Part shown: positions 10,612 to 19,706 of the stretch, piece after piece
How positions within the stretch are numbered: position 1 is the first letter of the stretch
Layout of the letters: the number at the start of each line of letters is the position of its first letter
Source: Candidatus Sulfomarinibacteraceae bacterium
Lineage (GTDB): Bacteria > Acidobacteriota > Thermoanaerobaculia > Thermoanaerobaculales > Sulfomarinibacteraceae
Reading direction: 5' to 3'
Assembly (NCBI GenBank): GCA_963796455.1
Contig: CAWCLO010000006.1
Span: 96,001 to 160,000, forward strand
Length of the DNA: 64,000 bases
The notes under the pieces: generated by a model
What the model saw: the letters and a program-made list of their open reading frames with translations, nothing else
Databases searched by the model: none
Told to the model about the DNA's origin: nothing
Program-made: the position numbers and the translations under genes

Positions 10612-11487
10612 CTAGGCCACGATCTGGGCCAAGCGGGTCACCACGATATCCGACCCTCCGGCAGCCTTGATCCGGGGCACCACTTCGGCGAGCACCTTGC
10701 GCGGCACTGCTGCCTTGACGGCAAATCCCTCACCCCCCGCCAGGGGCGAGATGGTCGGCTGACGCATGCAGGGCAGCACATCGAGCAATGCAGGCAGTGC
10801 TTCTTCAGTCACGTTGACCTCGACCATGACTCTCTGGCGCGCTTCCAACACGCTTTCGACAAGGAGCACGAGGTCCTCGATGATCGCCCGGCGCTGCCGA
10901 TCCTCCAGTGCTCTCGGACAGGCGTATAGCCGGGTCGATGAACTCATCAACTCATCGACAATCTGCAGATCGTTGGCGTCGAGAGTCGAGCCGGTGGCTG
11001 TGTTGTCGACGATGAGATCGGCATCCTCGGGTGGGAAGACCTCGGTCGCCCCGTACGAACGCACAAAGGTCGCATCGAGACCACGTTCATCGATCCAGGA
11101 CCGGGTCAGCCGCTCGTACTCCGAGGCCACCACCAGAGCCCGGTCGGGCAAGGCTCCTTCCACCAGCATGGCGGTGGGGGCGGCCGCCACAACGCGCACC
11201 GGGTCGAGGCCGGTATCGACAAGTTCGACCAGGTCACCATCCAGTTCGGCCACCCAGTCGGCACCGGCAAAACCCACGTCCCGCGAGGCTGCGTGCAGCA
11301 TCTTGACGATGTTCTGAGGTTTGAGGATCTTGACCTCGCAGCCCTCGAGGGTCACGTGGGGCCGGTAGGACCGTGCGGTCTGGCTGACCGATATGCCGGC
11401 ATCAGCAAGCACGCCGACCACATTCTCGTACATCCTCCCTTTCGGGATCGCAAGCCGCAGCAAGTTCGCGCCTTTGATTTCAGCCAT
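10612..11487 (-). CDS. hisG: ATP phosphoribosyltransferase, long form
   Basis: LRLAIPKGR, GADWVAE, GATE....ADLIVD...TGSTL.AN.L, C-terminal regulatory domain PTISPL. Confidence 0.95.
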   Translation of the reverse strand: MAEIKGANLLRLAIPKGRMYENVVGVLADAGISVSQTARSYRPHVTLEGCEVKILKPQNIVKMLHAASRDVGFAGADWVAELDGDLVELVDTGLDPVRVVAAAPTAMLVEGALPDRALVVASEYERLTRSWIDERGLDATFVRSYGATEVFPPEDADLIVDNTATGSTLDANDLQIVDELMSSSTRLYACPRALEDRQRRAIIEDLVLLVESVLEARQRVMVEVNVTEEALPALLDVLPCMRQPTISPLAGGEGFAVKAAVPRKVLAEVVPRIKAAGGSDIVVTRLAQIVA

Positions 11488-11516
11488 GTTTCCTTCCTCA
11501 TGCCGGATGCGACGCC

Positions 11517-11545
11517 AAAAAAAAGACGCCGGCGGGGCCGGCGTC
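11517..11545 (-). terminator. his attenuator terminator
   Basis: GACGCCGGC-ccc-GCCGGCGTC followed by T8 on the minus strand, between leader peptide and hisG. Confidence 0.9.
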
Positions 11546-11574
11546 GTGGTTTCGGTTGTTAATTCCCTACACCA

Positions 11575-11628
11575 TCACCGTGCCCCGTTGGGGATGTCGT
11601 CGTGGTGATGGTGGTGCAAAACGTTCAT
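11575..11628 (-). CDS. hisL: His operon leader peptide MNVLHHHHHDDIPNGAR
   Basis: 17-codon ORF with five consecutive His codons upstream of the terminator and hisG. Confidence 0.9.
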   Translation of the reverse strand: MNVLHHHHHDDIPNGAR

Positions 11629-11696
11629 CGTGTACTCGAAGGGAAACCTAACGCCAAATGATTCTCGTGTCAACCGGAGGGATTGGGCTGCGGAAT

Positions 11697-11830
11697 ATGG
11701 GGCAATGGGGCTATGGAGCTATGGAGCTATGGGGCTATGGATTATGGGGTCAAGGTGCAACGGAGTTCGAGCATAGAAAAAACTCAATTCAGACCCTCAT
11801 AGCCTCATGGCCTCACAGCCTCATCGCTCG
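11697..11830. repeat. Inverted pair of octamer tandem arrays (ATGGRGCT / CCTCATAG-like)
   Basis: atggggca atggggct atggagct atggagct atggggct at 11697-11750; cctcatag cctcatgg cctcacag cctcatcg at ~11795-11828. Confidence 0.8.
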
Positions 11831-11846
11831 CACCAGCGGTGCGGGC

Positions 11847-12497
11847 CTACATCGTCGCGTCGGCTTCTTCGACGACTTCCTGACCGGGGGGAGCTTCGAC
11901 CCAGACCCAGCCACGCAGATCACCTTCGACAAAACCCACGGCCTGGTCATTCGGATAATCAACAGCAATCGCCGCCATGACACCTTCGTCGATTTCTTCA
12001 GCCGGACCGTGGCACATCTGGCACTCGGCCTTCATGATGATCGGCAGCAACACACCGAGCTCACCCTGCGGTCCAACCAGGTAGACCGGGGTGTCGATGC
12101 GATTGTCGACATACTCTGCCGACCACTCCGGTGCCACATTCGCCGGGTTGCGCAGCTGGTGCGACGTCCGGCCGAGCTGCAACCCATACTGTTCGGATAC
12201 GCTGGCCACGACGTCCGGAGCTTTTTCTTTGCAGACGCCGATTGCCGAGCTGGTGTCGCCGGAATCGAGCGCCGCCATCAACTCGCCCATCATTTCCGAG
12301 AACATGGCGTTGGTCGCCCCAGCAACCAACTCCTGCTGTGCCCTCTGGGTCTCGGTCATCATCTCGAGCGAGGTTTCGAGCCACTCGACCTTCTCCGGCG
12401 CCGGTTGTTCGGCGATCTCGACGGGTTTTTCCGCGGGCTTTGCGCAGCCAACCAACACGAGACAACAAACAACACTTGCCAGCAGCAGATGTCTCAT
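11847..12497 (-). CDS. Lipoprotein monoheme cytochrome c, DUF3365-like
   Basis: Lipobox LVGC; AIGVC, RTS..LRNPAN.APEW, CQMCHG, YPNDQAVGF..GDLRG. Confidence 0.85.
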   Translation of the reverse strand: MRHLLLASVVCCLVLVGCAKPAEKPVEIAEQPAPEKVEWLETSLEMMTETQRAQQELVAGATNAMFSEMMGELMAALDSGDTSSAIGVCKEKAPDVVASVSEQYGLQLGRTSHQLRNPANVAPEWSAEYVDNRIDTPVYLVGPQGELGVLLPIIMKAECQMCHGPAEEIDEGVMAAIAVDYPNDQAVGFVEGDLRGWVWVEAPPGQEVVEEADATM

Positions 12498-12662
12498 CAC
12501 GACCTCCTTTGAAGGAACAAGACGCGGGGATACTCGGCTCGGGTCGATTCCGGCCGGAGACCGCTCCCGCGAGGTTGCGGAAGAGTCCCTCTTCCGCGAA
12601 TAGTGAATTGGAGTCACACGGCCATGATCGAACTCCAAAGCTCACTTGTCAATGGCCGATGG

Positions 12663-12708
12663 TTGACGAAACGACTGATTATTATTATATTTCGCGAGAT
12701 AACGAAAT
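12663..12708 (+). promoter_or_regulatory. Sigma70-type promoter and putative ArsR operator
   Basis: TTGACG-17-TATATT; palindrome ATTTCG-N8-CGAAAT overlapping the -10 and start codon. Confidence 0.65.
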
Positions 12709-13123
12709 GAGAATCAGCAATCTGGAAGCCACCGTCGCGATCACCAGCGCCCTCGGCCACCCGGCTCGGTTGCGAGTCGTTGCGATGCTGCAGGGCGGTG
12801 AACTGTGCGCCTGCCAGATCACCGAAGTGCTCGGTCTCGCCTCTTCCACGGTGTCGGCGCACCTCAAAGAACTCAAACGGGCCAGGTTGCTCATCGAACG
12901 CAAGGACGGCCGCTGGGTGTACTACGGGCTCTCGAAAGATGCATTCGCGCGATCGTGGATCGAGACCTCGCTGGCATCGGTTGCAGACGATGCCCAGATG
13001 CTTGCCGACAGCAAGACGGTAGCGTTCATGCGGACCATGCCGGTGGCGGATCTCTGTCGTCTCGGCTATGAGGAGGCCAAGGCACGCATGGCAGCCGCCT
13101 CCGCAACGGAAGGCAGATCATGA
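12707..13123 (+). CDS. arsR: ArsR/SmtB family repressor
   Basis: [20 protein letters not shown]...STVSAHL..L....L...RKDGRWVYY. Confidence 0.9.
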   Translation: MRISNLEATVAITSALGHPARLRVVAMLQGGELCACQITEVLGLASSTVSAHLKELKRARLLIERKDGRWVYYGLSKDAFARSWIETSLASVADDAQMLADSKTVAFMRTMPVADLCRLGYEEAKARMAAASATEGRS

Positions 13124-14202
13124 CCGGCCAAAAAAGCGTTTCCAAACGGCTCTCGCTCCTCGATCGCTATCTGACTTTGTGGATCTTCATCGCCATGGCG
13201 ATCGGAGTCGGTTGGGGATACCTTGCGCCCGGTGTGGCGGATTTCTGGAATCGATTTTCTGTCGGCACCACCAACATACCGATCGCCATCGGCCTCATCC
13301 TCATGATGTACCCACCCCTGGCCAAGGTCCGTTACGAAGAGATGGGGAGGGTCTTTCGCGATTGGAAAGTCCTCGCGCTGTCGCTGATCCAGAACTGGGT
13401 GGTCGGCCCGGTGCTGATGTTTCTTCTCGCCATCGCCTTTCTGGCCGACAAACCCGAATACATGGTGGGTCTGATCTTGATCGGGCTCGCACGCTGTATC
13501 GCCATGGTGATCGTCTGGAACGAACTGGCGGCGGGAGACAGCGAGTATTGCGCCGGTCTGGTGGCCTTCAACTCGATTTTTCAGGTACTGTTTTTCTCCC
13601 TCTACGCGTGGTTCTTCATTACCGTGCTGCCGCCGCTCTTCGGGCTCGAAGGCTCAGAGGTCAGCGTCACCATCGCCCAGATCGCAAAAAGCGTGTTCAT
13701 CTATCTCGGCATTCCCTTTCTGGCCGGCGTGATCACCCGGTTCTCGCTCATCGCACTCAAGGGCAAGCAGTGGTACCACGAGGTCTTTGTCCCGAGGATC
13801 AGTCCGATCACCCTCATCGCCCTCCTCTTCACGATTGTCGTCATGTTTTCGCTCAAGGGAGAAGTGATCGTCGAACTGCCCTTCGACGTGGTACGAATCG
13901 CCATTCCCCTACTGGTGTATTTCGTGGTGATGTTCGTGGTGTCGTTCTTCATGTCAAAACGGGTCGGCGCCGATTACAGCCGTTCGGCGACCCTGAGTTT
14001 CACCGCCGCTTCGAATAATTTCGAACTCGCGATCGCGGTCGCCATCGCCACCTTCGGCATCGACCACGGCGCCGCATTTGCCGCCGTTATCGGTCCCCTC
14101 GTCGAGGTCCCGGTCCTCATCGGCCTTGTGAATGTCGCGCTATTCTTTCGAACACGGTTTTTCGCCAAGCCACCCACCGAGAGTCTGGCGGACACCACCT
14201 GA
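13120..14202 (+). CDS. acr3: Arsenite efflux transporter, Acr3 family
   Basis: [52 protein letters not shown]. Confidence 0.95.
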   Translation: MTGQKSVSKRLSLLDRYLTLWIFIAMAIGVGWGYLAPGVADFWNRFSVGTTNIPIAIGLILMMYPPLAKVRYEEMGRVFRDWKVLALSLIQNWVVGPVLMFLLAIAFLADKPEYMVGLILIGLARCIAMVIVWNELAAGDSEYCAGLVAFNSIFQVLFFSLYAWFFITVLPPLFGLEGSEVSVTIAQIAKSVFIYLGIPFLAGVITRFSLIALKGKQWYHEVFVPRISPITLIALLFTIVVMFSLKGEVIVELPFDVVRIAIPLLVYFVVMFVVSFFMSKRVGADYSRSATLSFTAASNNFELAIAVAIATFGIDHGAAFAAVIGPLVEVPVLIGLVNVALFFRTRFFAKPPTESLADTT

Positions 14203-14231
14203 AATTGTGAAACGGAATTGAGGCCGGGTCC

Positions 14232-14921
14232 TCAGATCAAGTAGAGGGTCGATCGCAGCGTTTCATAGACACCGACAACAATGAAAACCACCGCGGTGAT
14301 CCGGCGGGCCCAGACCTCGAAAACCTGCACCCGATCGAGGGCTTTTCCCAACCATCCGGCCCCCGCCGCCAGCAATCCTGCAAAAATAATCACCGGCAAC
14401 GCGGTGCCGACGCCGTAGACCAGGGGCAAAAACAAAGGCGAACTCCGTTCCACAGCCAGTGGCACCAGACCGCCGAAGAAGAGCCCTGCAGACACCGGGC
14501 AGAAGGCGAGGGCGAAGACGATACCCAGAATACCGGCGCCCCAGATGCCGGCGCGGTCGACCCTCTTCTGCATCTTGTCGCTGACACCCATCGAGGGGAA
14601 GCTGAACTCAAAGACCCCAAGCAGCAACAGTCCGAGGGCAATTAGAATCGGACCGAGTAGACGCGGGAAAGTCCCCTGCAGAAAGCTCGAGACCGATACC
14701 AACGACATCAGGGACCACACCGATACGGCGCCAAGTACCACGTAGACGAGGCTGCGCCCGGCGGTGTACAAGGCCCCGGACAGCAGTACCGCGCGGCTGC
14801 TTCCCAACCGCCGACCGACATACGACACCGCAGCGATGTTGGTAGAGAGTGGGCATGGGCTGATCGAGGTGAGGATGCCCAGCCACAAGGCTGAACCAAC
14901 CGCCAGCCAACCTGCCCCCAT
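14232..14921 (-). CDS. ArsG-like / CcdA-DsbD-type membrane protein
   Basis: LGILTSISPCPL.TNIAA and FALAFCPVS, two membrane Cys; multiple TM helices. Confidence 0.8.
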   Translation of the reverse strand: MGAGWLAVGSALWLGILTSISPCPLSTNIAAVSYVGRRLGSSRAVLLSGALYTAGRSLVYVVLGAVSVWSLMSLVSVSSFLQGTFPRLLGPILIALGLLLLGVFEFSFPSMGVSDKMQKRVDRAGIWGAGILGIVFALAFCPVSAGLFFGGLVPLAVERSSPLFLPLVYGVGTALPVIIFAGLLAAGAGWLGKALDRVQVFEVWARRITAVVFIVVGVYETLRSTLYLI

Positions 14922-15376
14922 CAACTCGCTCCGAGGAAATCGCGCGTCTCATCCTGGACATACTGGACAAAACCGTCCTTGGAACGCACCAGTTGCCAGA
15001 CCTTGTCGAGGTTCTTCCAGCGGACAACCGTTTCGCCATCAAACTCGACCAATACGACCGACCGGGTCACGAGCTGAAAATCCTGGATGTAATGCTGGTT
15101 CTCTTTCTCGTCGATGTTGACCACGCGCCACTCGAGGGCACCGTTCTGCAGCGCTTCCGGAAAACCCTGGTGGACAGCCTCATCGGCATAGGCCTCGATC
15201 TTTTTGCACGTCGCGCAGCGGACATTTCCATGGAAATAGAAGGCCACGACACCGTCATCCACGGCTCCTTCCGGTGCCATCCGGCCCTCTTCATTCGCGC
15301 CAGACACCGCAACTGAAAACGAGATCACTCCAACAACCAAACATGCCAGCACCACAAACGGAGATCTTCTATTCAT
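14921..15376 (-). CDS. Exported thioredoxin-fold protein, ArsF-like
   Basis: Signal peptide; YFHGNVRCATCKKIE; WKNLDKVW. Confidence 0.75.
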   Translation of the reverse strand: MNRRSPFVVLACLVVGVISFSVAVSGANEEGRMAPEGAVDDGVVAFYFHGNVRCATCKKIEAYADEAVHQGFPEALQNGALEWRVVNIDEKENQHYIQDFQLVTRSVVLVEFDGETVVRWKNLDKVWQLVRSKDGFVQYVQDETRDFLGAS

Positions 15377-15621
15377 ATGGCCTCCTCAGCCAACATGGCT
15401 TTGATGTCGTCGATCGAGGGCACCTTGCCCTGACTCTTCAGCTCACCATCGACCACGAGTCCGGGCGTCATCATGAGACCGAAGGTCATGAATTGTTTGA
15501 TGTCGGTGAGCTTCTCCAACTCGTACTCAATACCAAGCTGGTCAGCAGCCTGTGCGGTCAGCTTGGCCAGGTTCTCACACCGCGGACATCCCGGGCCAAG
15601 GACAATAAGCTTTTTCAACAC
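15373..15621 (-). CDS. Small thioredoxin, MTH895/ArsE-like
   Basis: VLGPGCPRC, MMTPGLVVDG...GKVP; AGGAGG RBS. Confidence 0.85.
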   Translation of the reverse strand: MLKKLIVLGPGCPRCENLAKLTAQAADQLGIEYELEKLTDIKQFMTFGLMMTPGLVVDGELKSQGKVPSIDDIKAMLAEEAI

Positions 15622-15628
15622 GCACCTC

Positions 15629-16933
15629 CTATGCGACAAATGTTCCGTAGATCAGGCCGGAGACGGTGGCCATCACCACCACAAGGCCGATGTACACGCT
15701 GGTTTTTCGCCATCCGATGACACTGGCAATGACGATCATGTTTGGCAGCGAAAGAGCCGGGCCGGCCAGCAGCAGAGCGAGGGAAGGCCCCGGCCCCATG
15801 CCCGCTCCAATCAAGCCCTGCAGGATCGGCACTTCGGTCAGTGTCGCGAAATACATGAACGCGCCGGCAACGGACGCGAACAGTGTGGCGGCGATCCCGT
15901 TACCACCAACCGCGCTCTCCACCCAACTGGAGGGAAGCAGCCCTTCGTGTCCCGGTCGACCCAGCAAAAGGCCTGCGAGCAACACGCCACCGAGCAGCAG
16001 GGGCAGAATCTGTTTGGCATAGCCCCAACTCGATGCGAACCACTGGCCCAACTCTCCCTGATCACGAGCGGTCACCACCGCCAGGCCGATCACTCCGGCG
16101 GTAAATGCGAGCTCTGGGCTTTCGGGACGAAAGAGGGCAAGGATGGTGGCGGCTGCACCGATCGCGACCACCTTCCACGCCGAAAGGGAGTACCAGCGAA
16201 CGAGCGACAGGCCCAGCAGCACCGCTGCCGCCGATGTCAACCACCATTTGGCCCGCCAGATGGCAAACCATATCCCGGATGGATCGTCGGGCTTTGCCCA
16301 GTTTGCGAAGACGAGAATCGCAACCTGAGCGGCGAAGAAAACCACTGTCTGACCCAGTGGCTTCACTCCTTCGGGTTCAGGAAGGGCCATCGCCGCAGCC
16401 ACGCGGTCCCGCTCCGACCGCCTGAAAATCGCGGCCATCAGGCAACCGACAACAAGCGCAAAGAGAACCGCCCCTACGGCCCTGGCCGCCCCGAGTTTGA
16501 CGCCGAGTACGCTCGTCGTGAGAACAACAGCGAGCACATTGATCGCCGGGCCCGCGTACAGAAACGTAGTTGCCGGACCGAGGCCGGCGCCCATGGTGTG
16601 GATGCCTGCAAAGAGCGGCAGCACGGTGCAGGAGCACACGGCGAGGACGGTGCCGCTGACCGACGCGACGCCGTAGGCCACCACCTTCGGGGCCCTCGGG
16701 CCCAGGTATTTCATGACTGCGGCCTGGCTGACAAAGCTGGCAACGGCGCCGGCGATGAAGAACGCCGGCACCAGGCACAGCAGCACGTGTTCGCGTGCAT
16801 ACCATCTCGTGAGCGCCAAAGCTTCGGTAACCGCTCCGTCAAAGCGTGGCCAGCCCACCGGCAGCCAGAAGAAGACAGCAAATGCTGCCGCCATCCAGGC
16901 CAGGGCTTTCCACTCTTTCTGCCAGTCGATCAA
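15629..16933 (-). CDS. arsP: ArsP/DUF318 family permease
   Basis: EHVLLCLVPAFFIAGA, AVCSCTVLPLF, GPAIN, YFATLTEVP, GPALSLP. Confidence 0.85.
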   Translation of the reverse strand: MIDWQKEWKALAWMAAAFAVFFWLPVGWPRFDGAVTEALALTRWYAREHVLLCLVPAFFIAGAVASFVSQAAVMKYLGPRAPKVVAYGVASVSGTVLAVCSCTVLPLFAGIHTMGAGLGPATTFLYAGPAINVLAVVLTTSVLGVKLGAARAVGAVLFALVVGCLMAAIFRRSERDRVAAAMALPEPEGVKPLGQTVVFFAAQVAILVFANWAKPDDPSGIWFAIWRAKWWLTSAAAVLLGLSLVRWYSLSAWKVVAIGAAATILALFRPESPELAFTAGVIGLAVVTARDQGELGQWFASSWGYAKQILPLLLGGVLLAGLLLGRPGHEGLLPSSWVESAVGGNGIAATLFASVAGAFMYFATLTEVPILQGLIGAGMGPGPSLALLLAGPALSLPNMIVIASVIGWRKTSVYIGLVVVMATVSGLIYGTFVA

Positions 16934-17000
16934 TTTCCTTCTCCTTCATCGATCCCCGAATACTTGGCGAAATTGCCAACAATTCGAGAAAAAACAAGGA

Positions 17001-17339
17001 TCACGATTCGACCACCACATCAGACCTGCCAAGCTCATCGAGCACAGCTTCAACACAACCGAAGAAATTGAGGATGCAGGGAACCCGCAGCCGATAAAAG
17101 ACCTGCTGGCCTCGCCTCTCATCGAGCACCACGCCGGCCCTCTTGAGCAGCGCCAGGTGTTTGGACACGGTGGAAACATCCGCGCCGATCATCTCGGTCA
17201 GGTCGCATACGCACCGCTCGCCGCGAGACAACTCATCGACGATAAAGAGTCGACTCGGGTGCGCCAACGCCTTCATCACCTTTGCCCTGTTTTCCATATG
17301 GGTTCTGACCTCACCATCGAGTCGCCGTTGGCCGTCCAT
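17001..17339 (-). CDS. arsR: ArsR/SmtB family repressor
   Basis: KALAHPSRL, ERCVCDL, STVSKHL, PCILNFFGC. Confidence 0.9.
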   Translation of the reverse strand: MDGQRRLDGEVRTHMENRAKVMKALAHPSRLFIVDELSRGERCVCDLTEMIGADVSTVSKHLALLKRAGVVLDERRGQQVFYRLRVPCILNFFGCVEAVLDELGRSDVVVES

Positions 17340-17374
17340 ATTTGGCAATATAACCAAATATATCGCCGTGTCAA
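17338..17374 (-). promoter_or_regulatory. Promoter, probably leaderless, with operator palindrome
   Basis: TTGACA-16-TATATT-7nt-ATG; palindrome ATATTTGG-N8-CCAAATAT across the -10. Confidence 0.7.
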
Positions 17375-17449
17375 CTCAACTGTCGGGTTTTCAATTCATA
17401 TTCACCTATCTCTACGCTGTCCACGGTTCGAGATGTGAGTCGGGGCGCG

Positions 17450-17970
17450 AAACCTGCATCCTGCTACCTGCATCCTGGATCACTGCTGTCCAAAACAGAT
17501 TGTCACTTGACGTTACTCACCTGACAATAGGTGGTTTACGGGTCGGTTTTCGGCATTTCCGGTTGGCGGTTGGCACGTTCCCGATTTCGATCCCGAATTG
17601 CAGCGGCAGCGACAGTGTCCAGCGTCAGCGACGGGGAACAGCGATCGGTGTTCAGTGTTCAGCGGCAGCGGTCAGGAGTACTGGCGACGCAGTGGCCACC
17701 TCCGGATCGTTCAACAGAAGGAACAGCCGTTGTGGTGTAGGCGTCTCGCCTGCACACCGTGCGGCCGAGACGGCCGCACCACAAAGGCCGGAGCCCCGAC
17801 GAAGTGAGTGCTGTTCGCTGACCCTGCCTCTGGTTGCTGTTCGCTGCCGCTGTCTGAGACCCTGTCTTGGACAGGAGTGATCCTGCATCCTGCATCCAGT
17901 ATCTTGGTCTTCTGCGACGGTCGGTTTCGATAGCGATACGGATTGCGATAGCGATAGCAATGACCCGATG
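17450..17970. repeat. Intergenic hotspot of stacked short repeats with a REP-like hairpin at 17730-17784
   Basis: CCTGCAT arrays at ~17454 and ~17880; CAGCGG/CCGCTG arms; ttgtggtgtaggcgtctcgcctgca..tgcggccgagacggccgcaccacaa; GCGATA array ~17928-17960. Confidence 0.75.
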
Positions 17971-18040
17971 CAGCCGGAAGTTCAAGCCATCGGGAACAAG
18001 CTGCCGGTATGCTGCGTAGAGCAGTTCAAAAGGAGGCATC

Positions 18041-18235
18041 ATGCCAAGCGGAAAACTTCATCGATCCACATCCAACCGAGTCCTTGCCGGCGTCTGCGGC
18101 GGAATCGCCAACTGGCTGGGGTGGAATCCGACCACGGTTCGCGTTCTCTATGTCGTCATCTCGATTCTTTCGGTCGCCTTTCCCGGGATCCTGGTTTACC
18201 TCGTCCTCTGGATCGCGATGCCGAAAGATTCGTAG
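18041..18235 (+). CDS. pspC: PspC domain protein
   Basis: KLHRS..NRVLAGVCGGIA..LG..PT.VR....YLVLWIAMP; AGGAGG RBS. Confidence 0.9.
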   Translation: MPSGKLHRSTSNRVLAGVCGGIANWLGWNPTTVRVLYVVISILSVAFPGILVYLVLWIAMPKDS

Positions 18236-18264
18236 TTCGCACAGCGAGCCACCTCACAAAGGAA

Positions 18265-18335
18265 AAACCGCAGATCACGCAGATGAACGCAGATACTCAT
18301 TTCTAATCTGTGAAAGTCTGCGTCGACTGCGGTTT
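18265..18335. repeat. Palindromic REP-like element (cgcagat family), copy 2
   Basis: aaaccgcagatcacgcagatgaacgcagat ... atctgtgaaagtctgcgtcgactgcggttt. Confidence 0.75.
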
Positions 18336-18502
18336 CTGATGTATGGCGAGTATGCACGCGCCTTCCTCAATTCCTCATCCCTGATTCCCAAATCCCAATT
18401 CCTCTGCGAACCTTTTGCTCCGCCATCCGTTGTGATGGATAGACACGGTCGTTAAGAAACACGGCGACCACCCGTCAACTGTCTGAGGACACGGAGGTAT
18501 TT

Positions 18503-19045
18503 ATGAAGCGCACAGTCATCACCCTGATAGCAATCGCACTACTGGCCTGGGCCCCGGCGGCTCTGGCGGACGAAGGAACGCGATGGGTCAACGTCCATGT
18601 GACCGAGAACTCGAGCAGCACAAACGTCGAGGTCCACCTGCCGCTGAACCTGGTGCTCACCGTGCTCCGCAACGTTGATGTGGAGAATTTTCACGGCGGC
18701 CATATCGATCTCGAGATCGATGAAGACATGGACATCAATTTTCCCGAGATCATCCAGGCGGTCAAAGACGCGCCGGACGGAAAATTCGTGACCGTCACCT
18801 CGGATGAAGCCGATGTCAACGTCCACAAGGAAAATGGCATCCTCTTTGTCACCGTCAACCAGAAGGAAGACGAAATGGCACAGGTCGAAGTCACCATGCC
18901 CATGACGCTGATGGACGCCCTGACCTTCGGTGAGAAAAACACCCTCAACATCGCGGCACTGCTCGAGAGCTTTGACGATTTGCCCGACGGTGAACTGGTG
19001 AAGGTCACCTCCAACGAGGCCAACGTCCGCGTCTGGATCGAGTAA
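18503..19045 (+). CDS. Secreted acidic protein with internal twofold repeat
   Basis: Signal peptide ending ALA; PDGKFVTVTSDEADV / PDGELVKVTSNEANV. Confidence 0.85.
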   Translation: MKRTVITLIAIALLAWAPAALADEGTRWVNVHVTENSSSTNVEVHLPLNLVLTVLRNVDVENFHGGHIDLEIDEDMDINFPEIIQAVKDAPDGKFVTVTSDEADVNVHKENGILFVTVNQKEDEMAQVEVTMPMTLMDALTFGEKNTLNIAALLESFDDLPDGELVKVTSNEANVRVWIE

Positions 19046-19590
19046 TGAAATCGCAACGCGGCGTCTCGACGCTGGGCGCGGTGCTCCTGGCCGGCACTGC
19101 CGGCCTGCTCACCGCGACCCTGCTCATGGACTGGATGGTCGTCGATGTTCACGTCGAAGAGGACACTCCGATCCACATCAAAGTGCCGTTTCCATTGATC
19201 ATCGCCGATTTAGCTTCCCATTTCATCCCGGATGAGGCGATGCAGGAGGCACAGGTGCCGCCGGAGCTGAAAGCTCAGAAGGATCTGATTTTGGCGACGG
19301 TGAACGCGTTGCTCGAAAGCCCTGACACCCACTTCGTCAAGGTCGAGACCGAGGAGGCCAATGTCGATATCTTCAAAGACGGAGACAACCTCCGGATCGA
19401 AGTCGATGCCGACGACGCCGTGGTGAGCTGCATGATCCCGATCGATGGCGTCATCGACGCCCTCGAGGACTGGGATTGGGAGGTCTTCGATCCAAAGATG
19501 GTCCTCGACATCCTGCACGCCGCCGATACCGGCCACCTGGTCAACGTCGAAACAGAAGACGGCGTCAAGGTCGCGATCAAAATGTGGTGA
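19045..19590 (+). CDS. Membrane-anchored paralog of the preceding protein
   Basis: TAATG coupling; N-terminal TM; PDTHFVKVETEEANV / DTGHLVNVETEDGVKV. Confidence 0.85.
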   Translation: MKSQRGVSTLGAVLLAGTAGLLTATLLMDWMVVDVHVEEDTPIHIKVPFPLIIADLASHFIPDEAMQEAQVPPELKAQKDLILATVNALLESPDTHFVKVETEEANVDIFKDGDNLRIEVDADDAVVSCMIPIDGVIDALEDWDWEVFDPKMVLDILHAADTGHLVNVETEDGVKVAIKMW

Positions 19591-19593
19591 CAT

Positions 19594-19706
19594 AGTTCGG
19601 AGTTCGGAGTTCGGAGTTCGGAGTTTCCCCCGCCAATCCGGCGGGGGTTTTACTCTTCTGGGTGAATGTTTCGAAATTCCGAATTCCGAATTCCGAATTC
19701 CGAACT
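19594..19706. repeat. Inverted heptamer arrays (AGTTCGG)n / (TTCCGAA)n around a GC hairpin
   Basis: Four AGTTCGG-type units, then CCCCCGCC-aatcc-GGCGGGGG-TTTT, then TTCCGAA units; lies between convergent genes. Confidence 0.85.
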
